DNA from: Myxococcota bacterium
GTDB lineage: Bacteria; Myxococcota_A; UBA9042; PHBI01; JAWLBL01
Assembly (NCBI GenBank): GCA_041687695.1
Contig: JAWLBL010000007.1
Location: 64,001-128,000, forward strand
Length of the DNA: 64,000 nucleotides
Direction of reading: 5' to 3'
Numbering within the stretch: the stretch's first letter is position 1; each line of letters opens with the position of its first letter. A program made the translations under genes and the position numbers. Shown here one piece after another: positions 1 through 8,931 of the stretch. The notes under the pieces were generated by a model, which saw only the letters and a program-made list of their open reading frames with translations, did no database searches and had not been told where the DNA came from.

Positions 1-1
1 G

Positions 2-1516
2 GTGAGCGACGGACGCACCGTGAACGGGTTGCTGGCGCTCGCGATGCTCGGGGTGAGCGCGGGGTGTGACGGGGCCGCTGGCGCGCCGGGCGAGCCGGGC
101 AGCGCGCCCATCGTCGCGCCGGCCGTGGCCGGTCCCGCGACGCCGTCGGGGCGCCCCCCTGCGCTGTCGCCCATGGCGCCGGGCGCCGTCGTCCCGCCGG
201 CCTGGAACGAGCGCAGGCGGCAAGCCGAGGGCGAAGGCGTGGGGCGCGAGGCGCCGACCGTGCCCGGTCCCGTGAACCACTGCGTGGACCCGGAGGGGAC
301 CTGGCTGTGCGGCGACGGCGCGCGGTGCCTCGAGCGCGCGGGGGTCTGGGAGTGCCAGTGCGCCAAGGGCTTCGAGGGCGACGGGTTCTCGTGCGTCGAC
401 GTCGACGAGTGCGCCGCCGGGACGGACGACTGCGAGGGCGACGCGCTGTGCGTGAACGTGCAGGGCGGCTTCACGTGCCGGTGCCCGCAGGGGTTCGAGG
501 ACCTGGGCGCCGGCTGCGTGGACGTGGACGAGTGCGCGGCGGGGCAGGTCGACTGCGGTGTCGGCGGCGCGTGCGTGAACACCGTGGGGGCGTTCGCCTG
601 TGAGTGCGCGGACGGCTTCGCCCTGGGCGAGTCGGGGTGCGTCGCGGTCGCCCCCTGTGACCTGGACCCGTGCGCGGCGGGGGCGAGCTGCGTGCCGGCC
701 GAGGGGGCGTTCGCGTGCGCCTGTCCGGACGGCACCACCGGGGACGGGGTCAGCTTCTGCGCCGCATGGGCGGCGCCGGAGGTGAGGATCGGCAACGGGT
801 CGCCGGTGGTCACGTCGACGCTGGTGCAGCTGCGCCTGCAGGAGCCCGGGAACCTGCTCGCCAACGGGGGCGCCGAGGAAGGGACGCACGCGGCGTGGAC
901 CGTGCTGGACGGCGCCGCCTCCGACATCGCCGCGCTCGGCGGCGGGTTCCTGGGCGGCTGGCGCTTCGTGGGCGGGCCCGAGTGGGTCCGGCGCGGGCAG
1001 CTCGTCGACCTCCTCGAGGCCGGGCTGTCCGAGGAGGCGCTCGACGCGGCGCCGCCCATCACCGCGCGCGAGTGGGCCATCGGGACCTGGCCGCAGTACG
1101 GCGACGAGCGCTATCTGCGGGTCGAGCTCCGGGACGCGAGCGGCGCCGTGGTGGCCAGCTGGGAGCACGGGAGCGTGGGGGCGCCGGTGGTGACCGGCGC
1201 GAGCTGGGCCGCGAGCGAGGCGACGCTGGCCGACTACGGCCCCGGGGTCCGCTACGTGTGGTTCGAGGACGGCGTGCGCGGCGCCGAGCCGTTCGCCGGC
1301 GCCCACGGGGCGGCGCTCGACGCCGCGAGCGTGGTCGTCGGGGCGACCCGGATGCGCGTGTCGAACGACGGCGCGACCTGGACCGACTGGCTGGACTTCC
1401 AGCCGATGGTCTCGTGGGAGCTCGAGCCCGGCCCCGGCGACAAGACGGTCTTCGTCGAGCTGCAGGACGCCTGGGGCACGATCCACGCGGCGAGCGCGAC
1501 CGTCCTCCTCCAGTAG
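2..1516 (+). CDS. Secreted lipoprotein with calcium-binding EGF-like repeats and an F-box-associated (FBA)-like domain
   Basis: Lipobox VSAGC; cbEGF repeats (DVDECAAG..C...CVN..GGF.C.C); segment NLLANGGAEEG...QLVDLL...DYGPGVRYVWFEDG resembles the Fbs1/FBXO2 sugar-binding domain. The start is at the window edge and may lie upstream. Confidence 0.8.
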   Translation: MSDGRTVNGLLALAMLGVSAGCDGAAGAPGEPGSAPIVAPAVAGPATPSGRPPALSPMAPGAVVPPAWNERRRQAEGEGVGREAPTVPGPVNHCVDPEGTWLCGDGARCLERAGVWECQCAKGFEGDGFSCVDVDECAAGTDDCEGDALCVNVQGGFTCRCPQGFEDLGAGCVDVDECAAGQVDCGVGGACVNTVGAFACECADGFALGESGCVAVAPCDLDPCAAGASCVPAEGAFACACPDGTTGDGVSFCAAWAAPEVRIGNGSPVVTSTLVQLRLQEPGNLLANGGAEEGTHAAWTVLDGAASDIAALGGGFLGGWRFVGGPEWVRRGQLVDLLEAGLSEEALDAAPPITAREWAIGTWPQYGDERYLRVELRDASGAVVASWEHGSVGAPVVTGASWAASEATLADYGPGVRYVWFEDGVRGAEPFAGAHGAALDAASVVVGATRMRVSNDGATWTDWLDFQPMVSWELEPGPGDKTVFVELQDAWGTIHAASATVLLQ

Positions 1517-1546
1517 GCTCGGAGCCGGGCGTGGCGCCGGTCGTCG

Positions 1547-1584
1547 CGGCGGGCGGAACTCTCCTTAGGCGGTTCCGCCCGCCG
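1547..1584. terminator. 13-bp stem hairpin, possible terminator or mRNA stabiliser
   Basis: CGGCGGGCGGAAC (1547-1559) pairs with GTTCCGCCCGCCG (1572-1584) just after the stop codon; no U-tract. Confidence 0.45.
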
Positions 1585-1627
1585 TGCAGTAGGCTCCGCG
1601 CCGGTCGCCCCCGACGAGGAGGAACCC

Positions 1628-2779
1628 GTGGCCAAGCACACCGTCGACAGCCTCAACAAGCGTCTCGCCTCCCTCCACGGCCACTACCAGCGGCAATACG
1701 CGGGCCTGCCGCGCCACAGCCGGCCGGTCGAGCCCCTGGTCAAGCTCATCGAGAAGGCGGCCGACATCGTGCGCCGGGTCAAGAAGCTCAAGGGCGAGGA
1801 GGCGCGCAAGCTCGAGGCGACGGCCCTCGAGCGGCTCAAGCTGTATGCGAGCGAGAAGGACGCGATCGTCGAGGCCCAGGCGGCCAGCGAGGCGGAGCTC
1901 GAGGGGCGCGAGCTGGCCGTGCGGTTCCAGCTGACGACCGGGCGCTACCGGCGCCACTTCGCCGGCCAGGACCGCAGGACCCGCGATCTGGGGCTGCTGC
2001 GGGCCATCACGGACGATCTCCGCGCGATCGAGGGGCGCCTGGCCGAGCTCGCCGCGGTCGAGCGGACGATGGACATGAGCGGCCGGCACTCGGCGGCCAA
2101 GGGGCAGCGCGATCTCTGCGAGGGCGAGCTGAAGGCCATCGCCGAGGCGCGGCGCGACCAGGCGCTCGAGGCGCGCGCGGACCAGCTGGCCGCGGTGGCC
2201 AACCGGCAGTTCACCGTCTATCGCGAGCAGTTCGAGGGCCGACCGAGGCCGACGTGCCGACCCGAGCTGCTCGAACGCATCGTGGGGACGCTCGAGGAGA
2301 CGCTCGCCGAGCTGGAGGATCCGGCCTTCGGGGGCCTCGCGGACCCGAGCCGCGTCGAGGCGAACCGCGCGGTGATCCGCGACCAGATCACGCGCTATCG
2401 CGCCGAGCTCGAGGCGCTGGTCGAGGCGCACGGCGCCGTGTCGCTGGACACCCGGGTCGGGCTGCTCGGCGGCGCGGCCAACGAGATGATGGCCCTTTAC
2501 CGCGAGCACTTCGCGGGCCAGGACCGCGCCACGCGCAACCTGAGCCTGCTGTCGCTCATGTGCGACCGCCTGGGCGAGGTCGAGCAGCAGATGACCGGGA
2601 TAGGGCGGAGCGCGAGCAGCGCGGCGAACACGAGGAACGTGACGCTGGTCCGACAGACGCTGCGGGCCTGGGAGGAGGAGTACACCAAGATCGCCGAGGT
2701 CCAGGCCAAGCGGCCGGGCGGGACCTCGGCCCCCCGGCCGTCGGACCCGCTGGCGGGTCTCATCCGGACGGGCGGCTGA
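1628..2779 (+). CDS. Hypothetical alpha-helical protein with four ~90-aa repeats
   Basis: RBS GAGGAGG before the GTG start; strong GC3 bias; recurring motif Y-x3-(F/Y)-x-G-x2-R (YQRQYAGLPR, YRRHFAGQDR, YREQFEGRPR, YREHFAGQDR). Confidence 0.85.
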   Translation: MAKHTVDSLNKRLASLHGHYQRQYAGLPRHSRPVEPLVKLIEKAADIVRRVKKLKGEEARKLEATALERLKLYASEKDAIVEAQAASEAELEGRELAVRFQLTTGRYRRHFAGQDRRTRDLGLLRAITDDLRAIEGRLAELAAVERTMDMSGRHSAAKGQRDLCEGELKAIAEARRDQALEARADQLAAVANRQFTVYREQFEGRPRPTCRPELLERIVGTLEETLAELEDPAFGGLADPSRVEANRAVIRDQITRYRAELEALVEAHGAVSLDTRVGLLGGAANEMMALYREHFAGQDRATRNLSLLSLMCDRLGEVEQQMTGIGRSASSAANTRNVTLVRQTLRAWEEEYTKIAEVQAKRPGGTSAPRPSDPLAGLIRTGG

Positions 2780-3024
2780 GGGGAACGAGGCGGCGCATCG
2801 GCGCCCCGACCGGCGGACCCGCTGGCGGGTCTCATCCGGACGGGCGGCCGAGGGGAACGAGGCGGCGCATCGGCGCCCCGACCGGCGGACCCGCTGGCGG
2901 GTCTCATCCGGACGGGCGGCTGAGGGGAACGAGGCGGCGCATCGGCCCCCCGGCCGGCGGACCCGCTGGCGGGTCTCATCCGGACGGGCGGCTGAGGGGG
3001 GCGCAGCGGCGAGGCGGCGCATCG
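2726..3024. repeat. 72-bp tandem repeat, about 4 copies, overlapping the 3' end of the upstream gene
   Basis: Units start at 2726, 2798, 2870 and 2942, all sharing GGACCCGCTGGCGGGTCTCATCCGGACGGGCGGC. Confidence 0.95.
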
Positions 3025-3132
3025 ACGTCGTATCGCAGGGCGGTCGCCATCGGCTACGATGGCTCGCCGACGGCGAGGTTCGCGAGCTCGGCCGTCGCCG
3101 TATCCCCTCCGGCCCGCGCGACGAGGCCCGCC

Positions 3133-3495
3133 ATGCCCCAGCTGATCGCCAGCCCCACCCGCATCGAGGCGGCGGGGAACAAACCCAAGCTCATCGACGA
3201 GTACGTCGGTCGCGTCACGACCGGCACGGCGAACGTCAGCGTCGCCCACATGCGGAGCCCCTCGGGCTGGCGCGAACCCGGCCAGCGGCCCGAGTTCGAC
3301 GAGATCACGGTGGTGTTGCGCGGCACGCTGCAGGTCGAGCACGACTCGGGGGTCCTCGAGGTCGGCGCCGGTCAGGCGGTCTGGACCCGGCCGGGCGAGT
3401 GGGTGCGCTACGGCACGCCGGGACCGGAGGGCGCCGAGTACGTCGCCATCTGCCTGCCGGCCTTCTCGCCCGAGACGGTGCACCGCGACCCCTGA
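3133..3495 (+). CDS. Cupin domain protein
   Basis: MPQLIASPTRIEAAGNKPKLIDEYVGRV...EPGQRPEFDEITVVLRG: cupin motif, forming the real end of track ORF 670..3495. Confidence 0.85.
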   Translation: MPQLIASPTRIEAAGNKPKLIDEYVGRVTTGTANVSVAHMRSPSGWREPGQRPEFDEITVVLRGTLQVEHDSGVLEVGAGQAVWTRPGEWVRYGTPGPEGAEYVAICLPAFSPETVHRDP

Positions 3496-3617
3496 GGCCC
3501 GAGGCGTCCTCGTGGAACGCCGACGCGGAGTTCGCTGGGACGGCGTGACGTGGGGTGGGTGCCCGGTGTCGTGACGACGAGGGGTTCTCTGGGATGCGGT
3601 TACGTCGCGTTCCTTAG

Positions 3618-3793
3618 CCTGCATTTCTCACCAGATCCGTAGCGAGCCCGAGGGATAGTGCCGCAGATCCGCGGTGCTCGGAGCGGAGGACGGTGAAGGC
3701 GTACTTGATGGTACGTCGAGCCGGCCGGAGCGAGAACGCCGCGGAGGTGCGGTGCTAGCCCCGGGCGCAGTAGGAGCTGGTGAGAAATGCAGG
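3618..3793. mobile_element. Palindromic MITE-like element (176 bp)
   Basis: Perfect 17-bp terminal inverted repeats CCTGCATTTCTCACCAG (3618-3634) and CTGGTGAGAAATGCAGG (3777-3793), flanked by TTAG direct repeats (3614-3617, 3794-3797); the interior is imperfectly self-complementary. Confidence 0.75.
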
Positions 3794-3902
3794 TTAGGAC
3801 CTGACCCGCCGCCTCCGCCGGAGGGCGGATGGCGAGGCAGCGCTGGGCACGGCCGCGCGCGGCGAGTGACCGCAGGCTCGCGGCGGCGGCGGCGCCGTCG
3901 CG

Positions 3903-4415
3903 TCAGCGGGACTCGGGATCTTCACCCTCCCAGTAGTCCACCGCGTCTTCGTGCCGGAAGAAGGCTTGCAGCAGCCGCTGGTCCTTGGGTCCGCCGGGGG
4001 CGGCGCCCGCCATGACGCCGACCTTGGCCGAGTCGGGGTAGCCGAGGACGTCCGGGGCGACCATGGTCGACAGGACCAGGTAGCGTAGCGGGGCGTCCGT
4101 CGTGTTGACGGTCTGGTGCGCGTGCTCGGGGCCGGCGGGCAGGGCCACGTAGTCCCCGGCGCGCAGCGGCACCTCCGTCGCGCCGAGGCGCAGCAGGCCA
4201 GCGCCCTCGAGGACGTAGATGGCCTCTTCGTTGGCGAAGTGGAAGTGGAAGGGCCACGCGCGGCGGCCGGCGGGGAGCTCGATGAGGCTGCAGCCGAGCG
4301 CGGCGCCGCCAGCGGCGGCCGCGAGCTGCTTGCGGCGGCCTCCGAAGTGGGGGGCGTGGCTGGTGTCGACCCAGTCCAGGTCGGCCTCGTTGACGACGCG
4401 AGGGTGTCGGCTCAT
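3903..4415 (-). CDS. Cupin domain protein
   Basis: PFHFHFANEEAIYVLEG and AHQTVN metal motifs, YPDSAK and VDYWEGE. The ATG at 4415 overlaps the upstream stop. Confidence 0.9.
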   Translation of the reverse strand: MSRHPRVVNEADLDWVDTSHAPHFGGRRKQLAAAAGGAALGCSLIELPAGRRAWPFHFHFANEEAIYVLEGAGLLRLGATEVPLRAGDYVALPAGPEHAHQTVNTTDAPLRYLVLSTMVAPDVLGYPDSAKVGVMAGAAPGGPKDQRLLQAFFRHEDAVDYWEGEDPESR

Positions 4416-5365
4416 CGGGAGTCCAGCGAGTCGGAGAGGGGGGCAGGGCGGGCGCCTCGGCGGCGCCAGAGCGGGGTGAAGCGTCGGGTGAGGACGAGGC
4501 CCACCAGGCCCACCCACCCCAGGGTGCGGAGCCACCGGTCGGCCGGCCCCGAGCCCACGTAGCCATAGTCCTGCTCGGCCAGCGGATACGGCTCCTGCTC
4601 GAGCAGCGCGATCAGCGCCGGGTCACCGTACGGGACGCCGTCGAGCGTGTGGACGACCGTTCGCCCTTCGGCCAGCGCGCGCAAGACACCGCCGGCGCTG
4701 ACCTCGTCGACGAAGATCAGGGTGCGCAGGATGCCGAGGATGCTGGCCAGGTGGTAGTCCGAGGTGCCGACCGGCGTCAGCGCGAAGCCGTCGGCCACGG
4801 CCTCGCGGTAGAAGTCCAGCATGTCCGACCAGCGCGGCCCGCCGGCGCCGGCGAAGGCGATGGGGTGCATGAGCTCGACGCCGTCCAGCGAACCGCGCAC
4901 CGTCCTCAGCGAGTCCTTGAAGCGTCCGAAGGGGTGGGCGCCGATGGCGAGGCCGCCCTTGGCGTGGATGTCGTCGACGAGCGCGTCCAGCGGCTGATCC
5001 CAGGCGATGCGTTGCTCGACGCCCAAGGCATGCACGTGCCAGTCACGCGTCGTGACCTCTTGCCCGACGAGGACGATGGGCCCTCCCCAGAGCTCGGCGA
5101 ACCAGCGCGCCAGCAAGGCCGGCAGGACCTGGTTGTGCTCGGTGACCGCGATGACGTCGAGATCGCGTCGACGCGCCTGGGCGACGACGCCCAGCGGAGA
5201 CAGGAGGCCATCGCTGAAGCGGGTGTGGACGTGGAGATCGGCCTCGAGCACGGTCCAGGGACCCCGGCGCTCGGGCGGCTCGGTCGCCAGCTCGTCGAGC
5301 GCGGTGCCTCCGACGAGCCCGACGGCGACCAGGAGCCACGCGGCCCGCGACCAGGCGGCGCTCAT
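4412..5365 (-). CDS. Membrane-anchored PHP-domain metallophosphoesterase
   Basis: DLHVHTRFSDG, AVTEHN, GQEVT, AHP and GTSDYH motifs; N- and C-terminal hydrophobic segments. Confidence 0.85.
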   Translation of the reverse strand: MSAAWSRAAWLLVAVGLVGGTALDELATEPPERRGPWTVLEADLHVHTRFSDGLLSPLGVVAQARRRDLDVIAVTEHNQVLPALLARWFAELWGGPIVLVGQEVTTRDWHVHALGVEQRIAWDQPLDALVDDIHAKGGLAIGAHPFGRFKDSLRTVRGSLDGVELMHPIAFAGAGGPRWSDMLDFYREAVADGFALTPVGTSDYHLASILGILRTLIFVDEVSAGGVLRALAEGRTVVHTLDGVPYGDPALIALLEQEPYPLAEQDYGYVGSGPADRWLRTLGWVGLVGLVLTRRFTPLWRRRGARPAPLSDSLDSR

Positions 5366-6015
5366 CGAGGCACCGTGAGGACCGCCTGGAGCTGCCCCGT
5401 CGCCAGGTAGTAGCCGACGATCACGCCACCGTAGACGGCGTAGTACAGCCCAGCGGCCGCCGTGGCGCGCCCCGCGGACAGCTGGAACCCGTGCCGACAG
5501 GCCGCCCACGTCAGCCACAGCGACCACATGACCACCGCGACGAGGGCGACCGGCAACACGCGAGTCGTCACGAGCCACACGAAGGCCGCGTACACGTCGG
5601 GCGCGAACAGGCACACGGCCGAGACGGTGAGCAGGAGCACCAGCCACGGCCCCTGGCCGACCATCAGGACGTCCACGGCCTGAGACAGCCGCCAGCGGGG
5701 CGCCCAGAGGGCACGAACGGCGGCGATCGCCAGGATCTGCGTCAGCGGGACGAAGGACCAGAAGACGAACGTGCCCACGAAGTGAACGGCCGTGAGCCGG
5801 CCGGCCGACGTGAACGAGACGAACCCCGCGAGGACGAGGAGCAAGAGCAGGGGCCGGCGCGCCATCGTCCAACCCGAGGGCGCGGGAGGCTGCTCGCCCA
5901 GACGCCTCCACACGGCGCGCGGACGCACCAGCGCCTCGGCCTCGTCGGACCACGTCCGGGCGCGGGGGGGCGAGGTCGCGTCGCCCTCGGTGCGACCGTC
6001 GCCGCGCGCCGTCAT
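5362..6015 (-). CDS. Integral membrane protein (possibly YIP1-like)
   Basis: Several hydrophobic helices; 4-nt overlap with the PHP gene implies an operon. Confidence 0.7.
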   Translation of the reverse strand: MTARGDGRTEGDATSPPRARTWSDEAEALVRPRAVWRRLGEQPPAPSGWTMARRPLLLLLVLAGFVSFTSAGRLTAVHFVGTFVFWSFVPLTQILAIAAVRALWAPRWRLSQAVDVLMVGQGPWLVLLLTVSAVCLFAPDVYAAFVWLVTTRVLPVALVAVVMWSLWLTWAACRHGFQLSAGRATAAAGLYYAVYGGVIVGYYLATGQLQAVLTVPR

Positions 6016-6325
6016 CCCTCGCCCTCGGCCGCGCGGAGGCGCGTGGGGCCGAAGGTGGGGGCGCAGGCGCGCAGCCTCGGCGACCCAGCCTGGGCCAGCA
6101 GGGGCGGGGAGGGGACGCGATGGTGCAGGGTATTCGCGGGGCTGACGCGCGGCACGAGCGCTCCGGACCGAGGCCGCGGTGGCGCGCTCGCAGCAGGACG
6201 CGCCGCCGCCCGACGACCGCTGTCGCCAGGTGGGACAGGGTATAGCCTCGCGGCACGTCGGCCGCCAAGCTGGACCCGCGGCACGTGGCCACTCGCTGGA
6301 GACGCACCAGCCGGCCGGGGGCAGG

Positions 6326-6788
6326 GGCGGTGGCCGTGAGCCGTGGCCGTGGCGGCGTCCGTGGAGTCGTGGCGGCGGCCGTGGAGTCGTGGCGGCGGCC
6401 GTGAGCCGTGGCGGTGGCCGTGAGCCGTGGCGGTGGCCGTGAGCCGTGAGCCGTGAGCCGTGGCGGTGGCGGTGGCCGTGAGCCGTGGCGGTGGCCGTGA
6501 GCCGTGGCGGTGGCCGTGAGCCGTGGCTGTGGCTGTGGCCGTGAGCCGTGGCGGTGGCCGTGAGCCGTGGCTGTGGCCGTGAGCCGTGGCGGTGGCCGTG
6601 AGCCGTGGCTGTGGCCGTGAGCCGTGGCTGTGGCCGTGAGCCGTGGCGGTGGCCGTGAGCCGTGGCTGTGGCTGTGGCCGTGAGCCGTGGCGGTGGCCGT
6701 GAGCCGTGAGCTGTGGCGGCGGGTCGTGAGCCGTGGCGGTGGCCGTGAGCCGTGGCGGTGGCCGTGAGCGGTGGTGCTGGCCGTGGCG
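6326..6788. repeat. Intergenic minisatellite, core 19-mer GGCGGTGGCCGTGAGCCGT
   Basis: Roughly 20 tandem units with GGCGGT/GGCTGT variants and 6-7-bp insertions. Confidence 0.95.
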
Positions 6789-7135
6789 CTGCCGAGCGCC
6801 AGGGTCATCGCAAAGTCGGTCGAGCGTTGCGCGCAGCGAGCTGCGCGACCCACGAGCCCCAGCGAGCTGGGGCAGTCCGTCAAGACTCGCCGCCACGAAT
6901 CCACCTCGGAGTCCGACGACCGGACTGCACGAGCTCGCTCGTGCTCCGGCGTCGCGCGGCTCGCCGCGCTGAATGGGAGGCGTGGCGAGCCCATTGGCGA
7001 CTTTGCGACCGCCCTGTGCCGAGCGCCGGGGTGACTTGTCCCTGCGGCGCTTCCGCTGTATCCCCGCTGAGTGGGCTCGGCGCGCCGATGGCGCCGCCCG
7101 GCCGTGCCGCCCGGACGCGGCGGAGGTGACGAGCG

Positions 7136-8263
7136 ATGAGCCGATACATCGTCCCGGAGGCGATGACCCGCTTCCGGTGCAACGAGAAGGGGTGCTGCTG
7201 CAAGGGGTGGCGCATCAACTGGGAGGTCGACGAGGTCATCGCGCTGCTGCGCGACCTGCCCCCGGCGCGCCGTGACGGCCTGATGCGGGGCGCGCGCATC
7301 TTGATGGACGGCGGGGTGGCCGACTCGATCGAGCTGCGACGGGACGGGCCCGACGACGCCTGTCAGCTCCTGACGGACGATGGCCGGTGCGGCGTCCACG
7401 TCGAGCGCGGCCCCGAGGTGCTGCCGGGGCTCTGTCAGCGCTACCCGGCCTACGGCATCGCGACCGACGACGGGATCGAGCTGCACTTCGACGCCATCTG
7501 TCCCGAGGTGCTTGCCCAGATCGACGAGTCCGACGCTCCCTACGCCCTCGTGAGTCGCGCCGCTCCCACCGGGGACCACCTGGATCTGCGGGCCACGCGT
7601 CCGCTGGCGCCGGCGGCCATCGCCGTGGGCGACCGCCCGCTCACCCACGCGCAGCTGATCGTGCTCCGCGAGCGCATCCTGGCGCACCTCTCGCGCGCCG
7701 ACCGAGCGGCCATCGACAAGCTCGCCGACATCTCCTACGCCCTGGCGCGGGTCGCCAAGGGCGAGCCGATCGAGGCCTTCGAGGTGGACACCGCCGGCCC
7801 CGTCGAGCCCTTCGAGGCCTACCTGGACACCTGCGTCGCCATGCACCACGAGGCGGCGCTGGCCCGCTTCTTCGGGCGCTATCGCCGCTTCGTGTTCGAC
7901 CTGCCAGTGGCCGACGCGGACCCGACGGCGTTGCCGCGGGCGCTGGCGCCCGACCCGAGGTGGCGCGAGGACCTCGATCCCCGCGATCCCCGGTTCGACG
8001 CCTTCATCGCGCGCTATCTGGCGCATCGGTACTACAACGCCTACGGCGTCTCGCGGGTCGGTCACCAGGTCGGCTTCACCTATGGGACCGTGGCTCAGGC
8101 GCTGGCCATCGGCTTCCGCTACTCGGTCGGTCTCGCCCGGTGGCTGGGGCGCCCCGTCGATCGCGCCACGCTCAAGGTGGGCGTCGGCGCCTCGGAGTAC
8201 CTCTTCCGGACCCTGGACCTGCCGCCGGTCGGGATGCCCTGGTTCGGACTCGACGTGGCTTGA
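7136..8263 (+). CDS. FliB-like (flagellin lysine N-methylase family) Cys-cluster protein
   Basis: FRCNEKGCCCKGWRINWE, CQLLTDDGRCGVH, LCQRYP and AICPE motifs. Confidence 0.75.
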   Translation: MSRYIVPEAMTRFRCNEKGCCCKGWRINWEVDEVIALLRDLPPARRDGLMRGARILMDGGVADSIELRRDGPDDACQLLTDDGRCGVHVERGPEVLPGLCQRYPAYGIATDDGIELHFDAICPEVLAQIDESDAPYALVSRAAPTGDHLDLRATRPLAPAAIAVGDRPLTHAQLIVLRERILAHLSRADRAAIDKLADISYALARVAKGEPIEAFEVDTAGPVEPFEAYLDTCVAMHHEAALARFFGRYRRFVFDLPVADADPTALPRALAPDPRWREDLDPRDPRFDAFIARYLAHRYYNAYGVSRVGHQVGFTYGTVAQALAIGFRYSVGLARWLGRPVDRATLKVGVGASEYLFRTLDLPPVGMPWFGLDVA

Positions 8264-8457
8264 CCCGGGCGCAGCCGCGCCGGAGCGGCGGACCGCCCGT
8301 GGCCCCAGCAGCGTGTGCGCGAGCTGCCCTGCCCGCCGCGCCAGCAGGCTCGCCCACGCACGCCAGCCCCGACGCCAGGGACCCGGCCGGTCGTCCGTCG
8401 GGGTGACGCTGGCGCGATGGCGAGGCGTCGGCGGCCAGGGCCCTGGCGGACGGGACG

Positions 8458-8931
8458 TCACGCCGACACCTCGCTCGCGCAGGCGGCGACGAGCGCGAGC
8501 AAGGACTCGCCATAGCGCTCGAGCTTGGCCGGCCCGATCCCACGCACCGTCGACAGGTCCTCCGGGGAGCGCGGCCGCAGGATGGCGATGTCCGCGAGCT
8601 CGCGGTTGGACAGGACCATGAAGCGGTTGACGCCTTCGGAGCGGGCCTGGTCGTTGCGCCAGTCGCGCAGGGCCGCGAAGAGCGGGACACAGTCCTCGGG
8701 CAGCTGCTTGTCCCAGTCGACGCGCTCGCGGCGCGGCGGCTCCGACGCGGCCTCGCCGGGCTCGAGCTGCACGACGAAGGTCAGCGCGGGCTCGCCCGAC
8801 ACGTCGTGCAGGTGGTGGTCGATGCGTGCGGCGACGCGGCCGCGCAGCGCCTCGCAAAGGGGGGCGGGGTCGAACTGGGGGAGCCCGGGCGGGGTGGCCG
8901 CGAGGCGGAGCGTGACGATGGCGACGTCCAT
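8458..8931 (-). CDS. Small HRDC-domain protein
   Basis: LFAALRDWRNDQARSEGVNRFMVLSNRELADIA...VRGIGPAKLERYG; probable start MDVAIV at 8931. Confidence 0.85.
   Translation of the reverse strand: MDVAIVTLRLAATPPGLPQFDPAPLCEALRGRVAARIDHHLHDVSGEPALTFVVQLEPGEAASEPPRRERVDWDKQLPEDCVPLFAALRDWRNDQARSEGVNRFMVLSNRELADIAILRPRSPEDLSTVRGIGPAKLERYGESLLALVAACASEVSA

Noticed and set aside
2777..2779. Selenocysteine read-through at this TGA
   Set aside because: No redox motif context; the downstream frame is just the tandem repeat.
2726..3024. Possible CRISPR array
   Set aside because: The units are near-identical along their whole length, with no unique spacers, and there are no cas genes in the window.
6012..6896. 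His/Thr/Ala-rich ORF (HGHRHGSRPPPRLTATATA) as a metal-binding protein
   Set aside because: It is the translation of the 19-bp minisatellite, cycling through frames, with no supporting RBS or domain.
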